A stretch of 64,000 bases of DNA, from assembly GCA_030390025.1 (NCBI GenBank), contig CM059432.1, forward strand, positions 90,832,001-90,896,000, written 5' to 3'. This document shows, piece after piece, positions 1-12,679 of the stretch (the first letter of the stretch is position 1; every line of letters begins with the position of its first letter). This DNA is from Squalus acanthias. Its lineage: Eukaryota. The notes under the pieces are model-generated. The model was given only the letters and a program-made list of their open reading frames with translations, ran no database searches and was not told the DNA's origin. A program made the translations under genes and the position numbers.

Positions 1-1242
1 AGGGATACAGTTCAGCAAAGAAGCAGTCTTCCACTCAAATGTTAGATGGAGAGTGGAAAGTGTTGGCAAGTTGATTTTCTTAAGGATGCACCAGCTGAGC
101 TATGTTCAATATCGATTTGCATGGCCAAAGAGAAGGCACTGCTTAGCCTGCACAACCTCTGCAAACATCAGTCACAATCAGCCAATCTGATCAAGTAGTT
201 CCACATGACAGGTAACAGTGATATTTTTATCTTTTGTTTCAATTCTCCAAGGAGGAAAATGAGAGACAGGGGGCTGACAAAAAGGGGAAGAGCGCCCATT
301 ACAGGAGTTTTCTCAGGCCTCAATGGAAGCAAAGTAGTCAGTCAGCACACGTCTCATTTGATGAGTATCGTCACAAGATTGCTTCTCAGCATGGGGTTCA
401 GCCACAGTCAAATCCTGGACAATAGACATATGTACCAGCCATATATTTGCAGAGCTTCAATTACTAAACCCTATCTGGAAAATTGATTTCAGGAAGGGTC
501 CTGTTCAGAAAACCACCCACTGAGTCACTAGTTGTTTTCAAGGTGAAGACAAAATATAGCAGGTCCCTATTTCAGAAAAGCTCCAGTTTCTCTTGAGAAG
601 GAATCTAAGCAGCTGGGCATAAGAATTATAGAATCGTTACAGCACAGTAGAAGGCCATTCGTCCCATCGAGCCTGTGCCGGCTCTCTGCAAGGGCACTTC
701 AGCTAGTCCCAATCCCCCGTCCTTTCTCCGTACCCCTGCAAATTCTTTTCCTTCAGGTACTTATCTAATTCCCTTTTGAAAGCCACGATTGAATCTTCCT
801 CCACCACCCTTTCAGGCAGTGCATTCCAGATCATAACCACTCGCTGCGTAAAGAAGTTTTTCCTCATGTCGCCTTTGGATCTTCTGCCAATCACCTTAAA
901 TCTGTGTCCTCTAGTTCTCGACCCTTCCGCCAATAGCAACAGTTTCTCTCTATCTACTCTGTCTAGATCCCTCATGATTTTGAACACCTCTATCAAATCT
1001 CCTCTCAATCTTTTCTGCTCTAAGAACAACCCCAGCCTCTCCAATCTATCCACGTAACGGAAGTCCCTCATCCCTGGAACCATTCTTGTAAATCTTTTCT
1101 GCACCCTCTCTAAAGCCTTCACACACTTCCTAAAGTGCGGTGCCCAGAATTGGACACAATACTCCAGTTGTGGCCGAACCAGTGTTTTATAACGGTTCAT
1201 CATAACTTCCTTGCTTTTGTACTCTATGCCTCTATTTATAAA

Positions 1243-1471
1243 ATTGAGAGGTCGCACAACACCAGGTTATAGTCCAACAGTTTTATTTGAAATCACAAGC
1301 TTTCGGAGCTATCGCTCCTTCCTCAGGTGAAGTAAATTTACTTCACCTGAGGAAGGAGCGATAGCTCCGAAAGCTTGTGATTTCAAATAAAACTGTTGGA
1401 CTATAACCTGGTGTTGTGCGACCTCTCAATTTTGTCCACCCCAGTCCAACACCGGCATCTCCGCATCATGA
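1243..1471. mobile_element. Penelope-like element terminal remnant forming a 194-bp perfect palindrome (1240-1433)
   Basis: Palindrome centred at 1336/1337; 14-bp direct repeat CCTCTATTTATAAA at 1229-1242 and 1472-1485; same terminus recurs at 21941, 42207 and 46203. Confidence 0.8.
1343..1380 (+). ncRNA. Minimal type I hammerhead ribozyme motif (mirror copy on - strand at 1293-1330)
   Basis: TCAC-CTGAGGA-A-GGAGC gata GCTCC-GAAA-GCTT-GTGA: conserved boxes, stem I, stem II and a palindromic AAGCTT stem III region, as in Penelope-associated minimal hammerheads. Confidence 0.6.
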
Positions 1472-2287
1472 CCTCTATTTATAAAGCCCAGGATCCCATA
1501 TGCTTTTCTAACCGCTTTCTCAACCAGTCCCGCCACCTTCAATGATTTATGCACATATACCCCCAGGTCTCTCTGTTCATGCACCCCCTTTAGTTTATAT
1601 TGCCTCTCCTCGTTCTTCCTACCAAAATGTATCACTTCACACTTTTCTGCGTTAAACTTCACCTGCCACACGTCCGCCCATTCCACCAGCCTGTCTATGT
1701 CCTCTTGAAGTCTATCACTATCCTCCTCACTGTTCACTATACTTCCAAGTTTTGTGTCATCCGCAAATTTTGAAATAGTGCCCTGTACACCTAAGTCCAA
1801 ATCATTAACATATAGACCAAGAAAAGCAGTGGTCTTAGTACCGACCCCTAGGGAACACCACTGTCTACCTTCCTCCAGTCTGAAAAACAACCGTTCACCA
1901 CTACTCTCCGTTTCCTGTCACTTAGCCAATTTCGTATCCATGCTGCCACTGTCCCTTTTATTCCTTGGGCTTCAACTTTGCTGGCAAGACTATTATGCGG
2001 CACTTTATCAAACGCCTTTTGGAAGTCCATGTACACCAGATCAACTGTATTGCCCTCATTGACACTCTCTGTTACCTCATCAAAAAATTCAATCAAGTTA
2101 GTTAACCACGATTTGCCTTTAACAAATCTATGCTGGCTTCCCTTAATTAATCCACACTTGTCCAAGTGACTGTTAATTTTGTCCCGAATTATCGTTTCTA
2201 AAAGCTTCCCCCACCACCGAGGTTAAGATGACTGGCCTGTAGTTGCTGGGTTTATCCTTACACCCTTTTTTGAACAAGGGTGTAACA

Positions 2288-5200
2288 GTCAGGGGGAGAT
2301 AGAGGAACAGATATGTAGGCAAATCTCAGAGAAGTGTAGAAATAATAGGGTAATAATAGTAGGAGATTTCAACTTCCCCAATATTAACTGGGATAGTCAG
2401 AGTGTGAAAGGCTTAGAGGATGCGGAATTCTTAAAAGTGCATCCAGGAGAGCTTTTTGAGCCAGCATGTAGAAAGTCCTACAAGAGACGGGGCGGTACTG
2501 GACCTAATTCTAGGGAAAGTAGCCAGGCAAGTGGTAGAAGTGTCAGTAGGAGAGCATTTTGGTGACAGTGACCATAATTCAGTGAGATTTAAGGTAGTCA
2601 TGGAAAAGGACAAAGATGGACCGGAAATAAAGGTTCTAAATTGGGGGAAGGCCGATTTTAATATGATAAGGCAGGATCTGGCCAAAGTGGACTGGGATCA
2701 GCTACTTGTAGGAAACTCCACATCAGAGCCGTGGGAGTCATTCAGAAAGGAAATAGAGAGAGTACAGCGCCAACATGTTCCCGTAAAGGTCAAGGGTGGG
2801 ACCAACAAGTCCAGGGAACCCTGGATGTCAAGGGATATACAATAATGGATTAGGAAAAAAAAGGAGGCTTTTGGCAAATACAAAGGACTAAAAACAGTGG
2901 AAGCCCTAGAGGAGTATAGAAAGTGCAGGGGGGGTACTTAAAAAAGAAATTAGGAGAGCGAAGAGGGGGCATGAAAAAACACTGGCGGGCAAAATAAAGG
3001 AAAATCCCACGGTGTTTTATAAGTATATTAAGGGCAAGAGGATAACCAGGGAAAGAGTAGGACCCATTAGGGACCAAAATGGCAATCTGTGTGTAGAGCC
3101 GGAAGATGTAGGTGAGGTTTTAAATTAATATTTTCCATCTGTGTTCACTATGGAGAAGGACGATGTAGGCATAGAAATCAGGCAGGAGGATTGTGATATA
3201 CTTGAACAAATTAATATTGAGAGGGAGGATGTACTAGCGGTTTTAGCGGACTTAAAAGTGGATAAATCCCCAGGCCCAGATGAGATGTATCCCAGGCTGC
3301 TGTGTGAGGCAAGGGAGGGGATTGCAGGGGCTCTGACACAAATTTTCAGAACCTCTCTGGCCACAGGGGAGGTGCCAGAGGACTCGAGGACAGCTAACGT
3401 AGTACCATTATTCAAGAAGGGTAGTAGGGATAAACCAGGGAATTACAGGCCAGTGAGCCTAACATCAGTGGTCGGGAAATTATTGGAAAAAATTCTGAGG
3501 GACAGAATTAGTCTCCACTTGGAGCGGCAGGGATTAATCAAGGATAGTCAGCATGGCTTTGTCAGGGGGAGATCTTGTCTAACCAATTTGATTGAATTTT
3601 TCAAGGGGGTGACTAGGTGTGTGGATGAGGGTAGTGCAGTTGATATAGTCTACATGGACTTCAGTAAGGCTTTTGACAAAGTCCCACATGGGAGACTGGT
3701 CAAGAAGGTAAGAGCCCATGGGATCCAGGGCAATTTGGCACATTGGATCCAAAATTGGCTTAGTGGCAGGAGGCAGAGGGTGATGGTCGAAGGTTGTTTT
3801 TGTGACTGGAAGCCTGTGTCCAGTGGTGTACCGCAGGGATCGGTGCTGGGTCCTTTGCTGTTGTAGTGTACATTAATGATTTAGATATGAATGTAGGAGG
3901 TATGATCAGTAAGTTCGCAGATGACACGAAAATTGGTGGAGTGGTAAATAGCGAGGAGGGAAGCCTCAGGCTACAGGACGATATAGACGGGTTGGTCAGA
4001 TGGGCAGAACAGTGGCAAATGGAATTTAACCCTAAAAAGTGTGAGGTGATGCATTTTGGGAGGACTAACAAGGCAAGGGAATACACAATGGGCCGGATAT
4101 TCCGATCCCTAGGGTTGGTACGCACTGTGCACCCACCCATAGGGACATCGGAAATGCCAGTTTCAGGCATGCACAGCGCATGCGCTGAAAATCGGCATTT
4201 CCGATCTGACAAGAAACCTCCTGACAGATCCTCCGGCTGCCCTGCGGGCGGATAGTTCCGCTTTTTGGAAACCCTCCGCCCGCAGAAAACCCTTACAATT
4301 CTTACGCCTGGTAAGTTATTTGTTAGCCCCGTAAAATACTTGAATTATTTTTTCCAAAAAATTAAATTTTTGTTTAAAATACTTAATTTATTGTAATTAC
4401 AAGTCATTTAAAAATGTGATTTTTAAAAAAAATTTATGTAAAGTTTTACTATGTTTTTTCATTGATCTCCATTCATATATTTGACAGGTCTTCCTGTCAA
4501 ATGTATGAAGGAAGAATCCCTTCCGTGATTGGCTCCCCATGGCCCACATGATCCCAGGGACGCTGCGAACTACATGCGCCTCTGGGATACGTGGGCCCTG
4601 CGCACTTGGAGTTTGGTGAGGCCCAGCATCGGAACTGTACGCGTCCTGGGAGCCCTCAGGGCGCAGATTTTTCCAGATCGCAGGCCTCCACCACGGGAGG
4701 CCTGCGATCGGAAAATACGGGCCAATGAATGGTAGGATCCTAGGAAGGACAGAGGATCAGAGGGACCTTGGTGTGCATGTACATAGATCCCTGAAGGCAG
4801 CAGGACAGGTAGATAAAGTGGTTAAAAAGGCATATGGGATACTTGCCTTCATTAGCCGAGGCATAGAATACAAGAGCAGGGAGGTTATGATGGAGCTGTA
4901 CAAAACGCTAGTTTGGCCACAGCTGGAATACTGTGTGCAGTTCTGGTCGCCACACTATAGGAAGGATGTGATTGCATTGGAGAGGGTGCAGAGGAGATTC
5001 AGCAGGATGTTACCTGGGCTGGAGCGCTTCAGCTATGAAGAGAGACTGGACAGGCTGGGGTTGTTTTCCTTGGAGCAGAGAAGGCTGAGGGAGGACCTGA
5101 TTGAGGTGTACAAAATTATGAGGGGCATAGATAGGGTAGATAGAAAGGAACTTTTCCCCTTAGTAGAGGGGTCAATAACCAGAGGGCATAGTTTCAAGGT

Positions 5201-5464
5201 AAGGGGCAGGAGGTTTAGAGGGGATTTGAGGAAAAACTTTTTCACCCAGAGGGTGGTTGGAATCTGGAACTCACTGCCTGAAAGGGTGGTAGAGGCAGGA
5301 ACCCTCACAACATTCAAGAAGCATTTAGATGAGCACTTGAAACACCATAGCATACAAGGCTACGGACCAAGTGCTGGAAAATGGGATTAGAATAGACAGG
5401 GCTTGATGGCCGGCGTGGACATGATGGTCCGAAGGGCCTCTTTCTGTGCTGTATAACTCTATGA
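2288..5464 (+). mobile_element. CR1 LINE, 5'-truncated ORF2 nested in the opposite-strand CR1
   Basis: ORFs 2456-2845, 3141-3866 (KSPGPD, NYRPVSLTS, GVPQGSVLGP), 3866-4089 (KFADDTK) and 4725-5390; 3' tail ending in ctctatga. Confidence 0.92.
4090..4723 (+). mobile_element. Non-autonomous Harbinger-type MITE
   Basis: AAT TSD (4087-4089, 4724-4726), imperfect TIRs and subterminal hairpins; interrupts the CR1 frame at EYT|MNGRILG; inverted copy at 60204-60955. Confidence 0.8.
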
Positions 5465-7779
5465 TTTGCAACTCTCCAGTCCCCTGGCACCACCCCCGTA
5501 TCCAAGGAGGATTAGAAGATTATGGCCAGTACCTCCACAATTTCCACCTTTACTTCCCTCAGCATCCTAGGATGCATCCCATCCGGTCCTGGTGACTTAT
5601 CTACTTTAAGTACAGCCAGCCTTTCTAGTACCTCCTCTTTATCAATTTTTATCCCATCCAATATCTCAACTACCTCCTCTTTCACTATGACTTTGGCAGC
5701 AGCTTCTTCCTTGGTAAAGACAGATGCAAAGTACTCATTTAGTACCTCAGCCATGCCCTCTGCCTCCATGTATAGGTCTTCGTTTTGGTCCCTAATCGGC
5801 CCCACCCCTCTTACTATCTGTTTACTATTTATATGCCTATAGAAGACTTTTGGATTCCTTTTTATGTTAGCTGCCAGTCTATTCTCATACTTCCTCTTTG
5901 CCCCTCTTATTTTCTTTTTCACTATCCCTCTGAACTTTCTGTATTCAGCCTGGTTCTCACTTGTATTCTCAACCTAACATCTGTCATACGCCCCTTTTTT
6001 CTGCTTTATATTACTCTCTATCTCTTTCGTCATCCAGGGACCTCTGGCTTTGGTTGCCCTACCTTTCCCCCTCGTCGGAATGTACCTCGACTGTACCCGA
6101 ACCATCTCTTCTTTAAAGGCATCCCATTATTCAATTACAGTTTTGCCTGCCAATCTTTGATTCCAATTTACCCGGGCCAGGTCCGTTCTCAACCCACTGA
6201 AATTGGCCCTCCTCCAATTAAGTATTTTGACTCTAGATTGCTCTTTGTCCTTTTCCATAGCTAACCTAAACCTTATGATACTATGATCACTGTTCTCTAA
6301 ATGTTCCCCTACTGAAACTTGATTCACCTGACCCACCTCATTCCCCAGAACCAGATCCAGCAATGCCTCCTTCCTCGTTGGGCCAGAAACGTACTGATCA
6401 AGAAAGTTCTCCTGAACATACTTCAGAAATTCTTCCCCCTCTCTGCCCTTTACACTATTACTATCCCAGTCTATATTAGGATAGTTGAAGTCTCCCATTA
6501 TCACTACTCTAGTTCTTGCACCTCTCTGTAATTTCCCTGCAAATTTGCTCCTCTATATCCTTCCCACTAGTTGGTGGCCTATAGAATACACCGAGTAGTG
6601 TAATGGCACCTCTATTGTTTCTTAACTCTAACCAAATAGATTCTATCCTTGAATCCTCCAGGACATCCTCTCTCTCTCGCACTGTTATATTCTCCTTTAA
6701 TCAATACTGAAGGAGCAAATTTTACTTGCAGGGAACTTTTTCCCACATACAATACATGAACTTGATTTGGCTGTTATATAAGTTCCAGCAATTGGCAATA
6801 ATCAGCTCTGAGCTAATGAAGATAAGTCTGACCAGGCAGTGAAACTAATGGAGCATATGGCAGTGGATGTCCATGGCTTGGTCATCTGGGGTATTATCGC
6901 ATGCCACTTTATGTTGCTGAGAATTGAAGGATTTCCAGATTACTTAAAAAAGGGGTTAATAGAGTGACACTTTTCCAGGATCAATCGTTTTGGTATCAAG
7001 TCGAAGCAAGCCTGGGAAGCTTTAAGAAACAGCAACAAAATATAATGGCTATTTTGTGGATATTCCAGAAGGGGCTAGTGAATCAAAGCCAGCAATAGGC
7101 CAGACCATTCTCAGCCAAGCAGCAGCCATTCTTTCAGACATGGGGTAACATTGCCTCAAGAATTAAGTATGACAACAGGGTGATTAGTAGGACCTCAGAA
7201 AGAAAAAAACTAAATCCTGCTTCCTCCTCCACCATAAAACCATGCACCAGTCCAGAGAGGATGCTATTGGAGGAAGAGATTGCATATCACTATTTCACAA
7301 CTGGCTGCAATGCATGACTAGCATGGACTAGTGATTTCAAGCTTTGTGGGTCACTTAGGTGCATATCACAGTGACTTGAGTTTAATAAAGTTTAATTCCA
7401 TGTTCCCATTAATTTGCATATATTTCAAGTTGCTGATAATAAAGATTTTGGTATTCTGATTTAGGCCTCATTCACAATATGGTAACATGCTAGAAACAGC
7501 CATTTGTAAGCCTCCAGGTCCAAAAAGGTATAACAGGACAAACCAGTAAGTAAGAAATAAGCACAAAAAAACTGAGTTGCCTCAGCATTGAGGGCCAGAT
7601 TGGATACCCTTGGCATAGATTGAAAGAGAGCCATCGTCGGTACTCAGGGTGCTCCATTTCTAAAATTGAGGATGTTATTTTCGCAAGACAGTCCAAGGAT
7701 GAGCTGACAAAGGATCATTATGAACACAGAAGTACAAAGACTGTTAGTCCCTGGTACCATAGAAGATGTCCCATCAAGC

Positions 7780-8100
7780 TAAAAGAAAGAGTTTTCTTGA
7801 AGGATGTGTACTTCCACATATGGATCAGCAGAGCTCTACAGAGAGTACCTTGGGGTCAATAGTCGCAGATTGCATTGTAGTACATGATTGTGTCTCAAAG
7901 GTCTTTATCAAGTATCTGTCAGGACTTGCAGCATTGCTAAACTAGGAAGAGCTACAGTTCTATCTGTGTATGGACAACAGGGTGGTGAGGCCATTTAGCA
8001 CAGAAGTGACAAAAGTGACAATGGAGCACATCTTAATGCTGCTCAAATATCTGGGATTTGTGATCAATCATGAAAAGGCCCACTGTGCCTAACATAGGAT
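7780..8100 (+). pseudogene. Degraded DIRS-like retrotransposon RT fragment
   Basis: Translates to LKDVYFHI, KVFIK, FYLCMDNRVV and LLKYLGFVINHEK, resembling the DIRS RT motifs DLKDAYFH, PRVFTK, YLDDW and LGFxINxEKS in the right order. Confidence 0.5.
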
Positions 8101-8478
8101 TTGCCTTTCACACAAGCCTGTTTTCAAACAGAGCATGTTATTGTTTCTGTGGAACAGGTTCAACATGTTCCAGATAGATTTCTGCATGATTTCGGCAAAA
8201 TGAAAGACATTGGCTGCGATTTTATCATTGGTGGCGGGGTGGATGCGGGTCAGGTGGTCGGCGGGTCCCGGTCCCGCCTCCGCTTTCAGGCGGTAAAAAA
8301 TTGCGATTTTGCCCTAATTGGGTAATTGATTCCCTGCGTGTGCGCTCCCCTGGCCAATTACTGTTTTGGGTCTGGAACTCGCCTCTGTGAGGCAGCTGCA
8401 TTTAAGGGGCCCATGCAGCCTTGGTTCATCCTCTGATTTTTTGCTTCTGGATTGTCTACTCTGCTGACTACTGCTGAC

Positions 8479-10438
8479 ATGGCAACCTCAAGGGCGAAGG
8501 CCTCACCACGATTTGCTGATGACTCCCTCCATGCTCTTGTGGAGGGAGTCAGAGGTCAAAAGGAGGTACTCTTCCCATCCTCTGGGAGGAGGAAGCCACC
8601 ACAGCAGACCAAAGCTGTGTGGCTGCAAATTGCACAGGAGGTCAGCCCGAGATCGATGTGCATTCGAACCTGGGTGCAGTGCCGAAAAAGGTTCAATGAC
8701 CTGGTCCGCTCAGGGAAAGTGAGTATACCATCACCATTACCCTCAATCTGCTCCCCATCTCCTCTCATCACCAGCACTCTGCATTGTCAACCTACTCCTC
8801 CACATCCCGCTTTACCCTTACATCCCCTGCACCCTTAACCATCCCTCTCTCTCTATGTACACAATCACTTCACTATTCGACTATGCTGCCCTCACACTCG
8901 CTATCACTGTTATGCAATGCCAACAACTAACAACGCACAGGGAGGGCCCTTGGTATTGGCACCTCACTCCATCTTTGTCTCCTTCTAAGCATCCATGCTA
9001 TGGCTTCTCTACACTCACTCCATCATTCTCACTCAAACTCCACTTGTCTCCCTCATTGTAGGAAAAGAGAGCCCACAATAAGAGGGAGAGGGCTAGGACA
9101 GGAGGAGGGCCACCTTCAATTGCCCATTTGACCAACGCTGAGGAGGCTGCCCTCGAAATAATCGGAGGTGATGAGGATCTGGAAGTGGGGAAGGTCAGAC
9201 GGGCGCATCAGAGCAAGCTGGTGACAGAATAGATTTGCATCTCTCTCATTTACATTGCATGAGTGACTGATATGGCTTCTGATGCTCATACAGATTGACT
9301 TATGATCTGCACTATTCCATGTGCATGCTTCATTAATATCACGTGTAACTCATGCCTTTACTCCCCCACAGGACCATTGACAGCCCCCCTCCCCGCTGTC
9401 CAGGAGTAAGAGCCTGAGCCAGAAGACTCCTCAGAGGAACCTGCAACCTCTGAGGGCGCAGCGTCAGCAGATTTAAGTGCACCCAGCACCAGCGCAGATA
9501 CGCACACCTCGGTGGGACCTTCGGGACATAGAGTGGTGTTGTCACCTGGTGTATCACAGCTCACAAGTGAGCATCAGCTGATGGTGGAGACAGGGACAGC
9601 AGTGGAGAGTCCTCGTCGGAAGCCACAGGGCGCTCCCAGCTTTGCTCAGCTGCATGTCAACCCTGTGCCTCCGGGTCCATCCAGAAAGAGAGCGGTGCTG
9701 GAACTCCAGGAACAGGTGCAGGAGTCTCTGGCAGGTTTTGTCTCCAGGGTTACTACAAGTGTGGAGAGGATGGAGGAGTCCATGTCTAACATGAGCAGTG
9801 CCTTTGAGGAGGCAATGGCGCATGAACGCACCAACACGGATAGGATGGCAACCTCCATGGAAAGGATGGCTACCTCCGTGGAAAGGATGGCTACGGTCAT
9901 GGAGGAAATAAGTCGCCAGAGTCAGGAAAACATGGTGAATGTTAAGAATAGACTGACATCTCTGGAGGAGCGATGGGCAGCTATTGAGCAGAGACACCAG
10001 AGCTTCATGGGAGTCCTTTTGAGTAGGACTGCCACTTCAGATACGGGTCCTCATGGCCCCCCTGATGTGCAGCAAGGTGCTGTCAAGCCACTTGCTAGCA
10101 CTGAAGTGGGACTGACCCATAAGAGGGATGTTGGTGGCAGGCAACAAGGAAGTGGGGGCTCCTCTCCAAGTGCTCACACTCCCATGCCACTGAGTAGCCC
10201 TCGGTCAGAGCCCCACCAGAGTCCTCACCCAACTGAGATGGGCGTCTCAGCCCCTGCACAAAGGCAGGAGGAGCAGACTGTTGCCGAGCCCTCACAGGCT
10301 CGCAAACCCAGAGGAGGCCCGCCAAAGGTGTCGAAGCAGGAGCAGCATGAAAGTGAGCAAGGTGCCTCCACATCTGCTGAAGCCACAGGGGAGGCACCAC
10401 GTAGAAGCACGCGTAAGAGGAAGATTAAGCACAATTAG
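8479..10438 (+). pseudogene. Harbinger Myb/SANT (trihelix) DNA-binding protein gene, spliced and partly disrupted
   Basis: Exon 8479-8718 (PRFADDSLHALVEGV...W..IA..V...RTWVQCRKRFNDL, donor GTGAGT); exon from 9062 (EKRAHNKRERARTGGGP); long final exon with a coiled coil and basic PRRSTRKRKIK tail. Confidence 0.8.
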
Positions 10439-10684
10439 TCACGATTGTCTTGTTTTCTTTAATATTTGACATTGTCATCCTTTTGTGAATGGATTAAACA
10501 GAAGTGATGGCAAACAGTCGAAGTTCTGGCCTATGTGATCTCGGAAATGGAAGTTCCACATTGAGGGCTCAGGGCGACTTGCATTTGTAATGATGGTGGT
10601 CAGAGTGATAGGAAACCACAGGTTCTTGTACATTGTGTATGGTGTGTTAAGAAGGTGCCAGCCACATTTGTTTGATTCATCTAC

Positions 10685-11880
10685 TTAAGCGAATCTGGCA
10701 AAGATTAGTGCATCCCTTGCATCATGGGCAGCAATGTGCTCGCGTGCTGCTGGAACTGGCGCATCCGCCTCCGCAAGGTCTTCCTGCTCCTCCTCCTCAT
10801 TTGAGGAGGCTATGCGCTGAGCCACTTGTTCCTCAGGCAGCTGCAAGTCACGATGCTGTGCGATGTTGTGCAGTGCACAGCAGACCACGACGATTCTGGA
10901 GACCCTGGCTGCTGAATACTGTAGGGCTCCACCTGATCTATCAAGGCATCTGAATCGCATCTTCAGCAAGCCGATGGTTTGCTCGATAATGGATCTGGTT
11001 GAAATGTGGCTGGCATTGTAGCTCTCCTCAGCATCGTTCGATGGCCTCCTCAACGACGTCATCAGCCACGTCTTCAGGGGATAGCCCTTGTCTCCAAGTA
11101 GCCACCCAGAAAATTGGTTTGGCGGATTGAAGAGTGGAGGCACACTAGACTGCCGCAGGATGAACGAGTCATAGCAACTGCTAGGGTACTTCGCGCAAAC
11201 ATGCAAAATGTCCATCCTGTGGTTACACACCAGCTGCACGTTGAGGGAGTGGAACCCCTTGCGGTTGACAAAAACAGCTGGGTTGTGATGGGGTGCCCTA
11301 AGGGCCACATGTGTGCCGTCTACGACGCCCTGCACCCTTGCCATATTTGCAAAGCCAACCACACCCGCGGTTACACTTGCTTGATCCGTCGAGAAGTGTA
11401 TGTAATTGTGCGCCTTGGCAAAGAGGACATCGGTTACCTGCGTGATGCAAGTGTGGGCGGCCGACTGGGAGATGCCGCTGATGTCTGCTGATGAGCCCTG
11501 GAAAGACCCTGAAGCAAAAAAATTGAGGGCGGTGGTGACTTTGACAGCCACTGGTAAGAGGTGTCCACCCGTTCCTCTGGGCTCCAGGTGTTGGTGCAGC
11601 ATTGCGCAGATGTCAGCGACTACCTCTCGCGAAAGTCTCAGCCTCCTTTGGCACTGCTGCTCAGTCATGTTGAGGGAGGTCATCCTCTGTCTGTAAACCC
11701 TGTGTTGGGGGTATCTCCTGCGGTGACGAGCATCCTTTTGCCCTGTGCACCATCAGGTGGCTGAGCAGGAGGTTGGCGCTCCTGCTGTTGGTGTTGCTGT
11801 TGTGCCTGGTTCTGCTGCTGCCGCGGCTGCTCGTCCTCCGAATCTGAGGACCAGGATGAAAGGAAATAAATGGTTCCCAT
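10685..11880 (-). pseudogene. Harbinger (HARBI1-like) DDE transposase, one frameshift near the N-terminus
   Basis: ORF 10685-11683 with [26 protein letters not shown] and [16 protein letters not shown]-terminal part in ORF 11680-11880. Confidence 0.9.
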
Positions 11881-12679
11881 GCTGCTGGTAGATATCTCCG
11901 TTGAAGAACTGCGCAGTCAATGTGGGGAGAGGGTTTTCCCAGGAGGTCACAGTGGAGATGGATCTCAGCTTCACCACTTCCAAGATCATGATGCGGAGTT
12001 GCCGGCGTTGGACTGGGGTGGACAAAAATGAGAAGATCAGCAGACCTGCAAAAAGTTTTCCAAGACCTGAAAAAACAAAGTTCTGCCACCTGCTACTGAG
12101 CCTTGTTGAAAGCTCCGTTTTTATGCTGGAGCTGCAGCTGTCAAGAAGGCAGCCACTTGTGAACCCGACACAATTAGTTGGCGTGGTTTGGGAACAGCGT
12201 GGAACACGCAGAAAAAGTGGTAAAATGTAAAACGACTGTCAAAATGGCATTATCCAGGCAGTTAACAAGCAGTTAACTGCCTTAAGTGCCTATCCTGCCG
12301 CTTGGTGGCGGGACCGAACGGGAGTCTGTGAGCCCGCCTTTGGCAAAGTTGCACGGAGGCTGGTTGACGGCGGGATCGGAACCTGCCGTCATTTTTTTCA
12401 ATTTTACCACCTGACCCGCCTCCAAACCCGCCCCCTTAGCGCCGGCAAAATCGCAGCCATTGTTATCGCATTGTTATCTAGCCTTAACAATTGAACCTTA
12501 TAAAAAAAAAAATTCTCAGAATGCTGGCAACACTAGCAGGACGGCATTTCTTGCCCATCCCTAGTTGCCCTGAAAAGGTGGTGGAAGGCCTTATTCTTGA
12601 ACATGGCCATCCTGCACATTCTGTGGTGCTCAAGGAAACTGAGAATATGAGCAGCAACATATTTGTTGTGGTGAACTAG

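Larger units (their letters stand above)
627..6707 (-). mobile_element. CR1-clade LINE (5'-truncated, decayed ORF2 EN+RT), interrupted by a Penelope palindrome and a second CR1
   Basis: Minus-strand ORF pieces GDFNYPNIDW (6127-6504), KSPGPDG (5512-5922), MDFQKAFDKVPH (1848-2165), KFADDTK (1426-1890), FFTQRVV..WNALP (703-1257). Sequence rejoins across 2287/5465 (ggtgtaaca|tttgcaac). Confidence 0.9.
8212..12458. mobile_element. PIF/Harbinger DNA transposon with convergent Myb/SANT and transposase genes
   Basis: TIRs GGCTGCGATTTT...AAAATCGCAGCC, ATT TSD at 8209-8211 and 12459-12461, two-gene layout. Confidence 0.92.
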
